This document shows, piece by piece, positions 1 to 14,893 of a stretch of 64,000 nt of DNA. Numbering within the stretch: the first letter of the stretch is position 1; every line of letters begins with the position of its first letter. Source of the DNA: Octopus vulgaris (lineage: Eukaryota); contig OX597814.1 of the NCBI GenBank assembly GCA_951406725.2, positions 104,842,001 through 104,906,000 of the forward strand, given 5' to 3'. A model generated the notes under the pieces. The model worked only from the letters and a program-made list of their open reading frames with translations, did no database searches and had not been told where the DNA came from. Made by a program: the position numbers and the translations under genes.

Positions 1-59
1 GTGTTATGCACAATATTATACATAAAAAGATGGTAAGAGTCAAAGTAGAAGAGATAGAC

Positions 60-308
60 GAAGAGAGATCAACGAAAATACTGAGGGAGAGCGAGGGAGA
101 GAGAGGGGGAGAGAGAAGGAGAAAGAGATAAAGAGAAAGAGAGGGAGAGAGAAAGAGAGAGAGAAAGAAAGAAGGAGAGAAAGAGAAAGAGAAAGAGAGA
201 GAGAGGAAGAAAGAGTGGGAGAGAGAAAGAGAAAGAGAGAGAGAGAAAGAGAAAGAGGAGAGAAAGAGAAAGAGAGAGTGGGAGAGAGAAAGAGAAAGAG
301 AGGGAGAT

Positions 309-352
<44 letters not shown>
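60..352. repeat. (GA)n / GA-rich microsatellite
   Basis: Direct reading; it produces the poly-SL ORFs. Confidence 0.95.
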
Positions 353-1619
353 CTATGCTTTTGTTTAAGCAAGTAAATATTATTACAAAATGGTTTGTAT
401 TATATTTTTCGGCAAAAGTAATTGTTTTGCGTAAGATAACTGGATTGGAGCTATGACCTGTGTTAACGTTGCAGATGTCGACGGGATGCGTCTGCACTAC
501 ATCTTCACTCGCCAGCCAGGGAGCTGCACAGGGAGCCGAGCTGGCAATTTCTTCTGTCATTCGGAAAAAGGAAACAGAAGTTAATCGATTGATAATCCGT
601 GTTAAGTCTTCTACAGCCCTGAAATTGATATCAATGTTGTTGATTGATTTGCTGGTAGGACACGAATAAAAATAAAGGAAACATAAAAGAAAAAAACAAT
701 AACGATGAAAGTTCAATGTCAACGTATAAAAGAGAGTAGAAAGTAAGATGGAGGATTAGGGTTTCATTTAAGATGGTGGCCCTCATTCGGAACATGAGGA
801 AGGAAGAAGGGGGAGAAAAATCGGAAGAGAAATATTCATGATGCTGGTTCAGTGATGTAACAGGGTTCAAGGGGCTACCATATTTAATAGAATTTGTTTG
901 GAAAGGGCACGGGGCTATGAGAAATAATCATGACAAGAATGGGAAGTAAAACGAAGTCGGTGAGAGACTTGTTTGTGCATGTGGTATGTGTGTGTGTGTG
1001 TGTGTGTGTGTGAAGTAGATTTTCGTGTGTATGTGTGACAAACGCAGTAGATGAAACATGTTTAGAAGTATGTCTGAGAAATGTTTATGTGGATGCGTGG
1101 TATGATTGTGTGTGCGAGGACTGAAGAGATGAAATGTAGAATATGTCAGTGGATTTCATATATGTGAGTGTGAAAATATGAGAGAATTAAAGCTGTGTAA
1201 AAGAAACGGGGGGATAAAAGGCACGGTGTGTGTATGTTTATTGTAGGGTATTTTAGAGGATGTAAGGTGTAAATCGTGGCTGTGGCAGTTGTGCGTAGGT
1301 GGAAGATAAGATACAAGTGACAATGTAGTCAGAAACAAGAGGATAATGGCGTTATAGAAGTCCTCAAAAACTGTGAGATGCAGGCGAGAGTAGTTTAAAA
1401 AATTGAAGTATTGAATCACAGAAGTGAGCGATCCGGTGTTTTGGCGGAAAGACACCAAGGAACAGCGCCCTAAATTGGTCACCTAAACGGTGACCAGCTT
1501 TTCCTTAAGACAGTAAAATACTTCATGCAACGGATAATCTGTTTGAAGGGAAAGATGAAACATTTGTGATAGTAGAAGATAGTTCACGTAGGTGCAAGAT
1601 GATGTGTACGTGTGCACAC

Positions 1620-1655
<36 letters not shown>

Positions 1656-1887
1656 ACATACACATACATTTATATATATATACATATATATAAATGTTTA
1701 TACATATATATGTATATATACATATATACATATATACATTTATATATATATGTATATATATATATATATATATACGTATATATATATATATATACATACA
1801 TATACATTTATATATATATATATATACACATATATATAAATGTATATACATATATATGTATATATACATATATACATTTATATATAC

Positions 1888-1931
<44 letters not shown>

Positions 1932-1933
1932 TT

Positions 1934-1970
<37 letters not shown>

Positions 1971-2013
1971 ATGTATAATATATATAAATATGTATTTGTG
2001 TATATATATATAT
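1620..2013. repeat. Compound (TA)n/(CA)n/(TG)n microsatellite, representative of dozens in the window
   Basis: Direct reading. Confidence 0.95.
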
Positions 2014-2014
2014 A

Positions 2015-2610
2015 ATTTCTACAGATTCCATGACTACTTCATCAGTTGGCGGGAGCATAGAATACTTCCTTCGGAGCTCCGTAATGCAATCATCAACACT
2101 CGTTATAAGAACAATGAGGAAGAAGCGGTTGCTCCAGTTTGAGAAGTATCATTCTGCTCTCCATCACTGGACACTGCTCAACAGACTGACACCTACCATT
2201 GCTGGGAATCTCCCCGAGAGCCAATATGATTTTTAGAGCAAATCGAGGCAACGTGGACATGGTGTTTGTCTAGAAGCAAATGTCGCGAAGAAGACAGAGG
2301 CAAATTCTGGAAAAACTGGGCTGTCTACCAAAATTCCTCAGCTACACATTGGGCAGTTTGGTTGAGTGAGACTTGGAAAGGACTTGGCACAGTCTGTCAA
2401 AATGACCAATAGCTTGAAACAAGGTTGCGTTCTTGCCCCCAACTCTCGACTCTTTGTGTTTCAGCATGATACTAAAAAGTCAGGAAAGAGCGGCGAGAGA
2501 ACGAGGTGGGGTGGGGGTGGGGAGCTACATCCAATTTTAGCGCCGATGGAAGCTTGTGAGCCACAAGTCCATATGAGAGGTGCCGCCGTGGCAAATGACG
2601 CTATATCCCG
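2015..2610 (+). mobile_element. Degenerate RTE-clade LINE reverse transcriptase fragment
   Basis: Frameshifted RT motifs LPSELRNAII, LLNRLTPTIAGNLPESQYDF, ILEKLGC and LKQGCVLAP. Confidence 0.85.
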
Positions 2611-3038
2611 TGTTTTAAAACATTCATTTTAATAATGGGACACACGCACACACACACGCACATATTTATATAGTGTGCGTACGCACGCACATACATAGAT
2701 ATACATACATACACATACATACACACTCATAGTTATATAGTGAGAGTACGAACGCACACACATAGATATACATACATACACACACAAAGGCGCACACTCG
2801 CTCAAACACACACACACACACGCATACACATACGTGTTCTATTTGCTCGCAGATGGCTATATATAATTGCATAACTATTGTAACAGTTAAAACTGAGGTG
2901 GAATTATTGGATTAATTTCTTTCCATTAACTTCAGAGATGCCAGCGAGGTATTAGGGATAGCAATAAATAATAATTATTGGTCTAGGGATCAGCTATTTA
3001 AACCTGCAATTATATTATTTTTCTCTCTTTCTCTCCAC

Positions 3039-3137
<99 letters not shown>

Positions 3138-3451
3138 ATTTGTCTTCTACAATAGCCTCGGGCTATAGGTATACACAAATACCTTAGGCATCTTCAGAAA
3201 TATCACTTTTAAGAAAACGTGGGAAACAGCGGGGTTCAATGCTGTGGAGGGCTCCAGTTCAACCAAACTGGTATAACTTACTTTATCCGTTCTTTAACTT
3301 GTTAATTTTTATCTTTTTTTTTATTATACATTTACACATATTTATTTATTTATTTATTTACTTACTACACATCTTAAATTTGTATTGAATTTATAAAGAA
3401 TACATATTGAATTTATATCGAATCCTTTTAACAAGTAGAAGAATAAAATTA

Positions 3452-3846
3452 TTTTACTTGTTTCAGTCATCTGACTGCGCCCATGCAGGAGCACCGCTTT
3501 TAATCGAGCAAATCGACCCCAGGACTTATTCTTTGTAAGCCTAGTGCTTATTTTATCGGTGTCTTTTGCCGAACCAATAAGTTACTGGGATGTAAACACA
3601 CCAGCGTCAGTTGTCAAGCGATGTTGGGTGGGAGGACAAACATAGACACACAAAATATATATATATATATATACACACACACTCACATATATACGACGGG
3701 CTTCTTTCCATTTCCGTCTACCAAATCCACTAACAAGGCTTTGGTCGACCCGAGGCTATAGCAGAAGACACTTGTCGAAGGTGCCACGCAGTGGGACTGA
3801 ACCCGGAAACATGAGGTCGGGAAGCAAGCTACTTATCACACAGCCA
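3452..3846 (-). mobile_element. tRNA-derived SINE family A (octopus OR/OK type), near full length
   Basis: tRNA-like head at the right end with a B-box-like GGTTCAGTCC on the minus strand, internal (CA)/(TA) tract, and TTTTACTTGTTTCAGTCA terminus; several more copies in the window. Confidence 0.9.
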
Positions 3847-3926
3847 TAGATCGAATTTATATTGAATGTTCAGGTATTGTCATAGAATGTCTTTAAGCAG
3901 TTACAGTAGAATTACAGGGTATTTTT

Positions 3927-4267
3927 GTATGTATGTATGTATGTATGTATGTATGTATGTATGTATGTATGTATGAATGTATGTATGTATGTATGTATGT
4001 ATGTATGAATGTATGTGTGTGTGTGTGCATGTATGTATGTATGTATGTGTGTATGTACATTATGTATGTATGTATTTATGCATGTATGTATGTGTGTATG
4101 TATGTATGCATGAATGAATGTACGGATGTATTATGTATGTGTGTATGTATGTGTGTGTGTATGTATGAATGTACGGATGTATGTATGCATGTGTGTGTAT
4201 GTATGTGTGTATTTATGTATGTATTTATCAATGTATGTATGTATTTATGTATGTATCTATGTATGTG
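3927..4267. repeat. Degenerate (TATG)n tetranucleotide array
   Basis: Direct reading. Confidence 0.95.
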
Positions 4268-4840
4268 TCTTCTGATCTTAATTATTTAAATTCTTCATTT
4301 AAAGAAGGAGCTGGTTTCTAACAAAGATACAAAGTTCCATCTTTGGAATGTTGGTAACAAAAACAATGTCACATTTTAAACCAGAGAAAAGTCTTGCATA
4401 GTTTTACTGTTCCGTTTACAGATTGTATTTGTAATGTGCGAATCAGTTGGTTGATTTCTTCTTCTGAAAATGCAAGCTTACCCAAACTAACAGTTAGGCA
4501 TTTGCACACAAAACCAAGTGCTCCGGTTATTATTGGTATAAATGTAAATTTGTAGTCCGGATATAGAAGCTGGAAACAGTTGTCCATAGTTATCTTCTGT
4601 CTCTTTGATTTTCAAAGAGACACTCACATCATCAACAGGACAGCTGATCTCCATGACGGTACCTACTTTTGCTTGTCTGTCCCAAACAACAATATCCAGC
4701 TTGATGGGAATGTTCCACCAGTTTCCTTGTGCTGGTATTTGTGTGGGCATTCAATAACAGGGGTTTCTCTGTATTTATTCCAGGACAGTCATTTTCCGAA
4801 TGGCATCGTATGTATGAATGCATGACTCTCTCTGCCGTTC
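4268..4840 (-). mobile_element. 3' end of an R4/Dong-type non-LTR retrotransposon (restriction-like endonuclease domain plus 3' UTR)
   Basis: LDIVVWDR..VMEISCP.D, then LYPDYKFTFIPIITGALG...GTVKLCKTFL*, the typical PD-(D/E)xK RLE C-terminus; split by frameshifts. Confidence 0.85.
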
Positions 4841-4851
4841 CCTCTTCTCTT

Positions 4852-4911
<60 letters not shown>

Positions 4912-4953
4912 GTTATCTATCTATCTATCTTTATCTATCTCTGTCTATTTCTA

Positions 4954-4988
<35 letters not shown>

Positions 4989-6016
4989 ATATATATATAT
5001 AAATATATATCTGTTTGTCTATCTATCCATATATGTATGGGCGTATGTATACTTATTGATAGATCCTCAAATAGTATCAACTCAGAGAAGAAGACGCACA
5101 GCACCGCCACCACCACCACCACCACCACCACAGCACGAAACGAATCGAACACAAATTATAAATAATTTAACGAAAGTTATTTATTTTATAACTTGAAATT
5201 TAGAAATTAAAATTAAGTTAAGTCAAATTTCTGCCAATAGAATTGATATTTATTTCATGCCTCTAATTGATAATGAGATTTAATATTTAAACCGATAGGA
5301 AACGATTTGAACATTACACACTGTCAAATCCTATTCATTTCCTGTATTCAGCAGTGAATAGAGCGTAAAATAAGAGAGAGTCTCCTGTGTTTGTTGCAGT
5401 TTTACAGATGTAACAATGTTCCGACAAATAGAGAAATAATAAAAAAAGACAACAAGAGAAATTACTATGTCGATGTAACCATTGGGCAAATGTCTTTCAA
5501 AATATATACATCCATATAGGCAAGCAGATAATTTCATTAAGCGGAAATTGAAGCTAAATTGACAAATTGGGATAATAAATTACACTTTAAAACAGATGGC
5601 GATTCATTTGCTACGTGTACGATGTAACTAAATGACGAAAGAGCGTAGGATATTAGCTTATATGGGGTGTGAATATGTATGTATATATATGTGTGTGTGT
5701 GAGCGTGTGTGTGTGTGTGTGTGTGTATAGGTGTGTAAATACATACATATTCATATATACACACACGTGCATATATATTTCAGCAAAATTTCAGCAAAAT
5801 TTAGATTCAGATGAATATGGTATACTTAAGTTAAAGGCACCAGAATTTTGTATGGTATTATCCATATAAATCAAATGGCGTGATTATAAGCAAAATAGGC
5901 AACAAGGATATCCAAGGTAGAGTAGTACAATTGTTTCATGCTACTTCATTTTATTAAACACTATAAGTATTACATCAGTTTTAAAATGTCGAACAATATA
6001 TATATCCATATATATG

Positions 6017-6113
<97 letters not shown>

Positions 6114-6844
6114 CCAAAACAGGAAACTGAATTTGTGCGTATACGAGAAAGTATGTATGTTGTCTTTCTTAAATATCCGACTTCTATTAAGGATGGAGCT
6201 GCTTCCTAAAAATGAAACAAAGTTAATTTGCTGGAATTTAGAGAGAATGGTACAGTTTTACATGTTCAAATTTAGAAATGCCTTTCATATTTTTACTGTT
6301 CCGCGTATAGAAATATTCAGCCGAACAAGTACAATACAAGCATATACACAGGTACGCACAGACACACCCGCACATATATGTACACACATATGTACACGAA
6401 TTGCTAAATCGTTCATTAATTTGGATGAGGGAAACTTATACTAATAAAGAAACAAATCCGAAAATACCCGAGGTCGAGCGGGATTAACCGATGAGGCAAC
6501 GAAAATTGGTGAAACTGACGTTAGTATTAAGAATTCTCGATCGGCACTTTTTAGACGATTCAGGTCCCTGTTAGTAAATATGTTTTCATCCATGTGTGTT
6601 AACTACAGAATTAGAGTATTTTAGCTCTTATTTCTAACAATGTAGGTGTTTCTTAATGCCCTACTCACATTTAGTGACAATTATAACAGCGATAGGCAGA
6701 GGGGGAAATGAGTGAGGTAAATAGAGGAATGAATGTTGCCTTCGCCAGGTTGTTTAATGTGTGTTTGTGCGTGTGTATATGTGTGTGTGTGTGCATGTGT
6801 GTATGTGTGTGTGTGTGAGTGTACTGCTGTGAGAGGAGAATACT

Positions 6845-7160
6845 GTTTAAACTTGCTACACCAATTCCAAATTGTTCTCTCCCAGTTCTCATCTGTAACA
6901 CTGTGATTATTCAGGTCTTCAATTACGATAATATCCGCCCCTTTGATGTCTGTGACTAACACACAAAATACATCTCAGGTGTGTTGTAATTAATATTTCT
7001 TTGCAACTGCTAAAGGTGCCAATGTTCGTTTTGCTTACTTAGCAGCCATACATTATTCCAAATTCTTATATTTATACCATTACCATATTAATTGAGCAGC
7101 AGACATAGGTTATATGCTCTCCCCACCTTTTTATCAATATCGTCGTCGCCTGAATTGAAA
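6845..7160 (-). mobile_element. Old LINE AP-endonuclease remnant
   Basis: RRR..KGGE.ITYV and DIIVIEDLNN, resembling the RRDR..GGGV and GDFN motifs. Confidence 0.5.
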
Positions 7161-7229
7161 TGCTTCATATTCTCAGTCAGCCACAATCTAAACATAGAAG
7201 CCGATATATATATTTATATACATACATAC

Positions 7230-7279
<50 letters not shown>

Positions 7280-7906
7280 TTATATATATATATAAAAGAG
7301 AGAATAAAGAATATTTATATGTATATGAGAATAAAGAATATTTACATATATATAAATATATATATATTTATACACTCGTTTGCTGGGTATTTAATGTGGT
7401 ATATTAAAACACGTTTAAAATATCTCTTCGTCTCGGTTATAAACATCTTGAACCAATGTTTTGAATCTCTCAATGAAAGGGAGTTTTGGCAAGATTCAGT
7501 CTGCTTCCTTGAGAATGGTTCGTATCAGACGTCAGTGCAGAGTTCATTAGTATCACGCTAAAAACAACACATCCCTTCTCACATTCCATCTGCACCGAGT
7601 CTTGCCGCATGTTTTCTTAAGCAGCGTAAATCTTCACATATTTACCCTCTGACTATCAAGTTGTTATTGGAGAATGAGATTTCTGCTGGCGAAATAACAA
7701 AGTGTTAACGAGGCAGGAACTAATGGTAATTTTTTCGGGGAGAATTTAATGAAAGGAATCATTAGAATGAATCAAGAATTACACACACACACACAAACAC
7801 ACACACACATACACGCACAAACATTTTCAGGCATAGATAATCCTTTCTCCTTATTTAAATGATGGCATTGCTGAAACATTTTATAATAATAATCATAATA
7901 ATAATC

Positions 7907-7963
<57 letters not shown>

Positions 7964-8731
7964 TAAAGCGCCTTGATTCTCGAACAATCCTTCACAGATT
8001 GATGGGATGGTAGAGGGCAAATTTTCTATTGAGTTCTTCGTAGAACATATTTGACGATTATTGTATAGAATTCCAGAATGTTGCAATTCACGTTCGAACG
8101 TCATTTATCATTGGGCTGCTCGGTGTGTACTGACCTGGGACTATACAAAACATGACTGAATTTACATTTCGTATACAATTTTCTACATAATACAGGTACA
8201 GACACACAGATACATATTTGTATCTACACGCATTTGCACACAAACGTACATAAAAATATACACACTCATGAATATATAGAGAGGTAAATATTCACACTCA
8301 TATATACAATGCCACCAGAACAATTTGCACACAAACACAGATGTACGAATACAGACATATACACAGACACATGCACAAACATACATTTCCGGTAGCAGCA
8401 GTGGCGGCAGCAGCAGGTCATAAAAGGTAATGGAATGACCGCCAATACCGAGTGATTTCCAGCCAATGGTGCTTGAGAGTGACGAAAGAAAGACTTGAGA
8501 CGAAGATGCACGAAAAATAAAAAAAAAAAACGAGAAAAAAAAAGAGAAAGAAAACCAATATGTTTCAGAGTTATTTCTGGTGGAATTGTTTCCTCGTAAT
8601 GTCATCGCTGAAATACGTTGAAAGCCGGGCAAGAACACAAGAATATTTTAAATAAGTAAACAAGAAGACTTGTCGATCACGTGGACCTCTTACTCTCTTT
8701 CTCTTTCTATCTCTCTTTCTCCCACTCTCTT

Positions 8732-8769
<38 letters not shown>

Positions 8770-8991
8770 ACTTTAACCTTTCTCCATCTGTCTATCTCTA
8801 TCTCCCACTAATATACATAAACGGTTATGTGAAATAATAAATCACCATCGTTGAATGATGGAGTTATTTTAGTCTGGGTCTGCGGAACGTTCGGCGAAAT
8901 TTGATAACAAAATTATCCAAGATTATAAACAATACAACGTATATTGAGGAATCACTCAACTTCAACAAACAATTCTCATATACATACGTGT

Positions 8992-9050
<59 letters not shown>

Positions 9051-9152
9051 TAAATATATACATATATATATATATACATGTATGTATATATGTATATATA
9101 CATACATGTTTATATATATATATAAATGCATACATACAAACAAACATATGTA

Positions 9153-9191
<39 letters not shown>

Positions 9192-9299
9192 ATGTACTTT
9201 TAAATTCATAGATATATGTGCGTATATATATAAATATATGTATATGGAGAAAGATAGAGAGATAGAGAGGACCAATGATCGACACGTCTTTTTGTTTTC

Positions 9300-9384
<85 letters not shown>

Positions 9385-9957
9385 CTTCGTTCTTTCGTTG
9401 CCCCTCTCACACATTTCCTATCCTTCTCTTCATGCTCACTTTCCCTCCAATTTCACTTCACTGTGTCTCTTTTGTTTTCTCTCACCCCTCCTTAATTATT
9501 CTATCCCTCTGCCTCTACTTCTTCTGCTTCTATCCCCACGTGACCGGTGTTCGGCCAGGCCTGACGTTCTTTCTTGGTTCAACTATCATCCGTGCAACAT
9601 CTATATTCCTTCCTGTGCTTTACTTCCACACACGTCAGCTAAATTTAAATCGTCCTTAGTCTAAATACACCTGTTGTTATGTCCTGTTAATTGCATTTGT
9701 ATTTGTGTAACATTTCTCTGTGTTTTTCCGTTCTTGTTTTCGTATACATTCGCTGCTTTTTTCCAAGGAATGCACTTAGCGTAGTTTTTCCTTGGGGCTG
9801 GCCAGATTGGAGCAATCTCGAGTATAACCAGCCGAAATTGCAAAGATAATCTCGACTAAAGATAGAAAACTCCGATTGAATGACCCATCCTTGTTTTTTT
9901 TTGCATTGTCTGTCTGAATGTTTTGTCGTCTCTAACTGGATTTTTTGCGATCTTGTC

Positions 9958-10002
<45 letters not shown>

Positions 10003-10756
10003 CATACATATTTATATATATTCATATATACATACGTACATATATGTATGTGTACACGCAAAAACACATGGACACGCACATATAGATGACCAACAATGAA
10101 GATGCGTTTATAAATAGACAAATAAATAAATAAATACATAAACGTCTTCATAAATGTATTGAAAGAAATGATTTCCTGTGACTCATAGACGCTAAACTCC
10201 CAAATTCTTTAGATTTCTCACCCTTGAAAAGGAAGATTGATAAGCGAGTGCGAAGACATAAGTGAGGAGTGGAAGTGAGACGAAAAGAAGAAGGAATAAT
10301 AGGGACAATGGAATCATTATCAACACCCACCCTTCTACTCGTATAAACACGGATATAAAAATGGTTCTTATATATATTCACTCTTTGATCTTGACTGAGT
10401 TCACTTATATTTCTACAGCGGGAAAGAAAGTTTCAGTATCTTACACTTTATGTTTCGAGAGATCAGATCCGAAATATGCTTTTCATCCTACAAACTTAGA
10501 TATAATACAGGCTCAAAAAATGTTGCCTTTGTTTCTATCTATATATGTATCTATGCATGTATGTATGTATGTATGTATGTATGTATGTATGTTTGTATGT
10601 ATGTATGTATGTATGTATGTATGTATGTATGTATGTATGTATGTGTGTATGTATGTATGTATGTATATGTATGTATGTATGTATGCATGTATCTATCTAT
10701 CTATAATACAGTCTCAGAAAATTTTGCCTTTGTTTCTATCTATCTATCTTTGTGTG

Positions 10757-10904
<148 letters not shown>

Positions 10905-11214
10905 TATATATATATATATGTACATAGATAAAAGTGCCTAAAAAGGACAGTTAACAAACTGGTTTGTGGGTATGGACACAAACATAGCTGTGTCAATGGA
11001 TGTCTCAATATATCTTTATATGAATGTATATACGTGCGTGTAGACATATCCATGCATACACATATATATGTGGGTGGCTCTATGTTACGGATGTACGTCT
11101 TTGTGTCTTTATATACAGTTAGATGTATGTATATGAATATGTTTATGCTTGCATATAAATGCATATGTGTTGGATGGTTGCCCAAACGATCTCAGCATTA
11201 GCTTCAAAATTAAT

Positions 11215-11573
11215 TCAAAGCTAAGACCATGGCCATATGTCACCTACCCAATTCAGAATAACAGCATATAGGTACACAGCAACCCAATTTCTTTTCCTCA
11301 ACAGGCCCTGTCCTCTTTAGTATTGTCCCGAAAGAAATCTAAGAGGAAAAGGACTCCATTACCTTTAAAAACCGAATCTGGACAAATTTCATCAAGGAAT
11401 ACCGGATAAGCCACCCATACCTGGATAGAACTCACTCAACAAGAACTCCCTACTCGAATGGACTATGATACCACCAACTTTGACTTAAAACAGATTTAGC
11501 TAATCCAATTATATGGTGTTATTAAGTTAGATATGGCCAGGGCCAATCTTTGGTCGGAACATATCTAAGTTAT
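11215..11573 (+). mobile_element. CR1-group LINE 3' end, copy 1
   Basis: GPVLFSIVP...LDKFHQGIPDKPPIPG...NKNSLLEW; ends in CTAAGTTA. Confidence 0.75.
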
Positions 11574-11658
11574 GTGTGTATTTGCATTTATAGTCTTTGC
11601 AGAAAAAGTTGATAAATGTGTATGAATATTTTTGTGTATATTGTGTGCGTGTGTATGC

Positions 11659-11700
<42 letters not shown>

Positions 11701-11751
11701 TGATTGATACGGATGACAGAATGTACTAGAAGCTTTTTAAGCACAATGATA

Positions 11752-11842
11752 GTTTCGGTTTAATTCTGCACTGGTCCTTCGTGGGTGGGGAATGATATAA
11801 TGGAGTCGAATGCACCCTACAGTGTAGAAGAAACCTCATCAG
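11752..11842 (-). ncRNA. Degenerate hammerhead-like motif with long stem II
   Basis: CTGATGA-GGTTT...AAACC-GAAAC with internal helices; stems I and III are not intact. Confidence 0.45.
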
Positions 11843-12192
11843 GATACATAATAGGCTTCATTGTTATGAGATGTACACTTCGCACACATATACCAGCGAA
11901 ATTAAGAATATACCAAGAGTGCACCGAGGAATTCCTTGCGTAGATCTTGCGACAAAAGTGCAGTACTGCGGATGATGCCTCGTAACCATAAATGGTGAAC
12001 GTGCTCTAGGGACATACACAAAACAAGGTTTAGTTACTACTTTAGTACACTTTAAAGTCTCCTGTCTAAACTTTATTTTTAATTAAAACTTACACACACA
12101 CATACTCGCACACACACATGTAGATGTATGTACGTATGTTTGTATATATGTATGTACGTATATCTATGTATGTATGTATGTATATATGTATG

Positions 12193-12224
<32 letters not shown>

Positions 12225-12261
12225 TGTATGTATGTATGCATGCATGTATGTATATGTGAAT

Positions 12262-12563
12262 GTAACAATACGGCACAATTATTTCACCTCAATTGGACCC
12301 GCCCTCTTCAACATTACACCAGGACACGTCAAAACAGAAACTGACCACACAAAATTCAAGAAGTCTTTGGACAAATTTCATCAAGGAATACCGGACAAAG
12401 CCACCCATACCTGGATAGAACTCACTCAAACAAGAACTCCCTACTCGAATGGACTATGATACCACCAACTTTGACTTAAAACAGACTTCGCCAGGTGGTG
12501 CTATTAAGTTAGACATGGCCTGGGCCAACACTGACCAGAACCTTTCTAAGTTATTCTAAGTTA
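12262..12563 (+). mobile_element. CR1-group LINE 3' end, copy 2
   Basis: RHNYFTSIGPALFNITP...FKKSLDKFHQGIPDK; tandem CTAAGTTA tail. Confidence 0.8.
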
Positions 12564-13005
12564 TGTATGTATGTATGTATGTATGTATGTATGTATGTAT
12601 GTATGTATGTATGTATGTATGTATGTATGTATGTATGTATGTATGTATGCATGTATGTACATATGTGTATATATATGGATACGCTAGACGATTTATTTCG
12701 TGAAAATGTAAAGGTCAGCTGAGGTCAGTCTGAATGTCCGATTGTTTTTCTTGCATCAAGACTGCATTGTTGTTTTACGGTTTTATTCAACGGTATTTCA
12801 CTATCGGTGCATAGCATATCATTAGATTACTTTGTTTTTATACTTTCCATTTTATTTTGTTGGTTGCCTTATTACGTATATAACAAGAATTCTACATTAC
12901 AAACCCATTCCCCACGCCCAGACGAGTAGCACACTACAACTACCAAAATGTATTCTACCAAAATATAACTATATATATATATTGTATACATATATTATAT
13001 TTTTG

Positions 13006-13049
<44 letters not shown>

Positions 13050-13116
13050 ATATATATTATAAATATAAATATATAATATATTGAATACACACACACACAC
13101 ACATATATATATATAT

Positions 13117-13881
<765 letters not shown>

Positions 13882-14089
13882 ATATATATGTAATGAGTAT
13901 CGTGTTCCACAAATGACAACAGTATACACAGTTGTCAATTCTGGAACACGACGTAACGTATGAAAGTACTAGTTTATTTCAATATTGTGAAATTGTAAAA
14001 TTATCAAATTATAAAAATTGTACATTGATTCATATATCTATATATCTATATATATATGACATCATATTTCCTTCTTTTTCTTTCTCTTC

Positions 14090-14383
14090 TTGGCATTCCG
14101 TCGGTTATGACGTGGAATATTCCAGCTGATCCAATCAACGGAACAACCTGATTGTGAAATTAACGTGCAAGTGGCGGAGTACTCCGCAGATACGCATACC
14201 CTCAACGTAATTCTCATGAATATTCAGCATGACACGGAATATAACAAGGCTGTTTGAATTTCAGGTACAACTCATTTTAGCCAGTTTATTGGACTGGAGC
14301 AACGGGAAAGAAAATCTCCAGCTCAACTCATGACCATAAGAGCGTGGGGCAAATACCCTAACCATTAAGCCACGAACCTTCAC
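14090..14383 (-). mobile_element. tRNA-derived SINE family C, diverged
   Basis: Minus-strand A-box-like GTGGCTTAATGGTTAGGGT at the right end; GATCCAATCAACGGAACA..GTGAAATTAACGTGCAAGTGG body. Confidence 0.75.
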
Positions 14384-14774
14384 TCAACAACAAGGATAAA
14401 AGTACAAAACAAGTGTACCGTGTTTCTGGATCAATGTCCGAATATAGCCGATGAGAAAAAGTACAAAAAATTTAGTCCATAAATGAGAGACGAGAGACTT
14501 GCTTAAATTACAAAGCAGGCTGGTTATGTAACCCAACAAGACGTTTAATCTGTAAAGCTTAACAGCCAACATCCCGCAAGTCACATCCTACTATCTCGAA
14601 GTCATTGTGGTCAGACGTATTTAATGTAGTTACCTATGCACACTGCCAGGAGAGAAATAAAGATATATATATAGAACGCCGTTCATACGCCTGATTGTCC
14701 AAGGTTTCGCTGACGTTAAATACCAACAACAGTAGCAAAAAAAAAATGAATTATAAAGCTGTCCCCGCGGGCTG

Positions 14775-14851
14775 GTGTCTCCCACTATAGCCACGTGCCG
14801 ACCAAAGCCTTGTGAGTGACTTTGGTAGACAGTACTTGACATAGCCCGTCG

Positions 14852-14893
<42 letters not shown>

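Noticed and set aside
3160-3200. Minus-strand CTGAAGA plus hairpin
   Set aside because: Runs into a SINE fragment; no GAAA half.
12919-12950. CAGACGA-GTAG/CTAC-CAAA
   Set aside because: Both core halves are mutated and stems I and III are absent.
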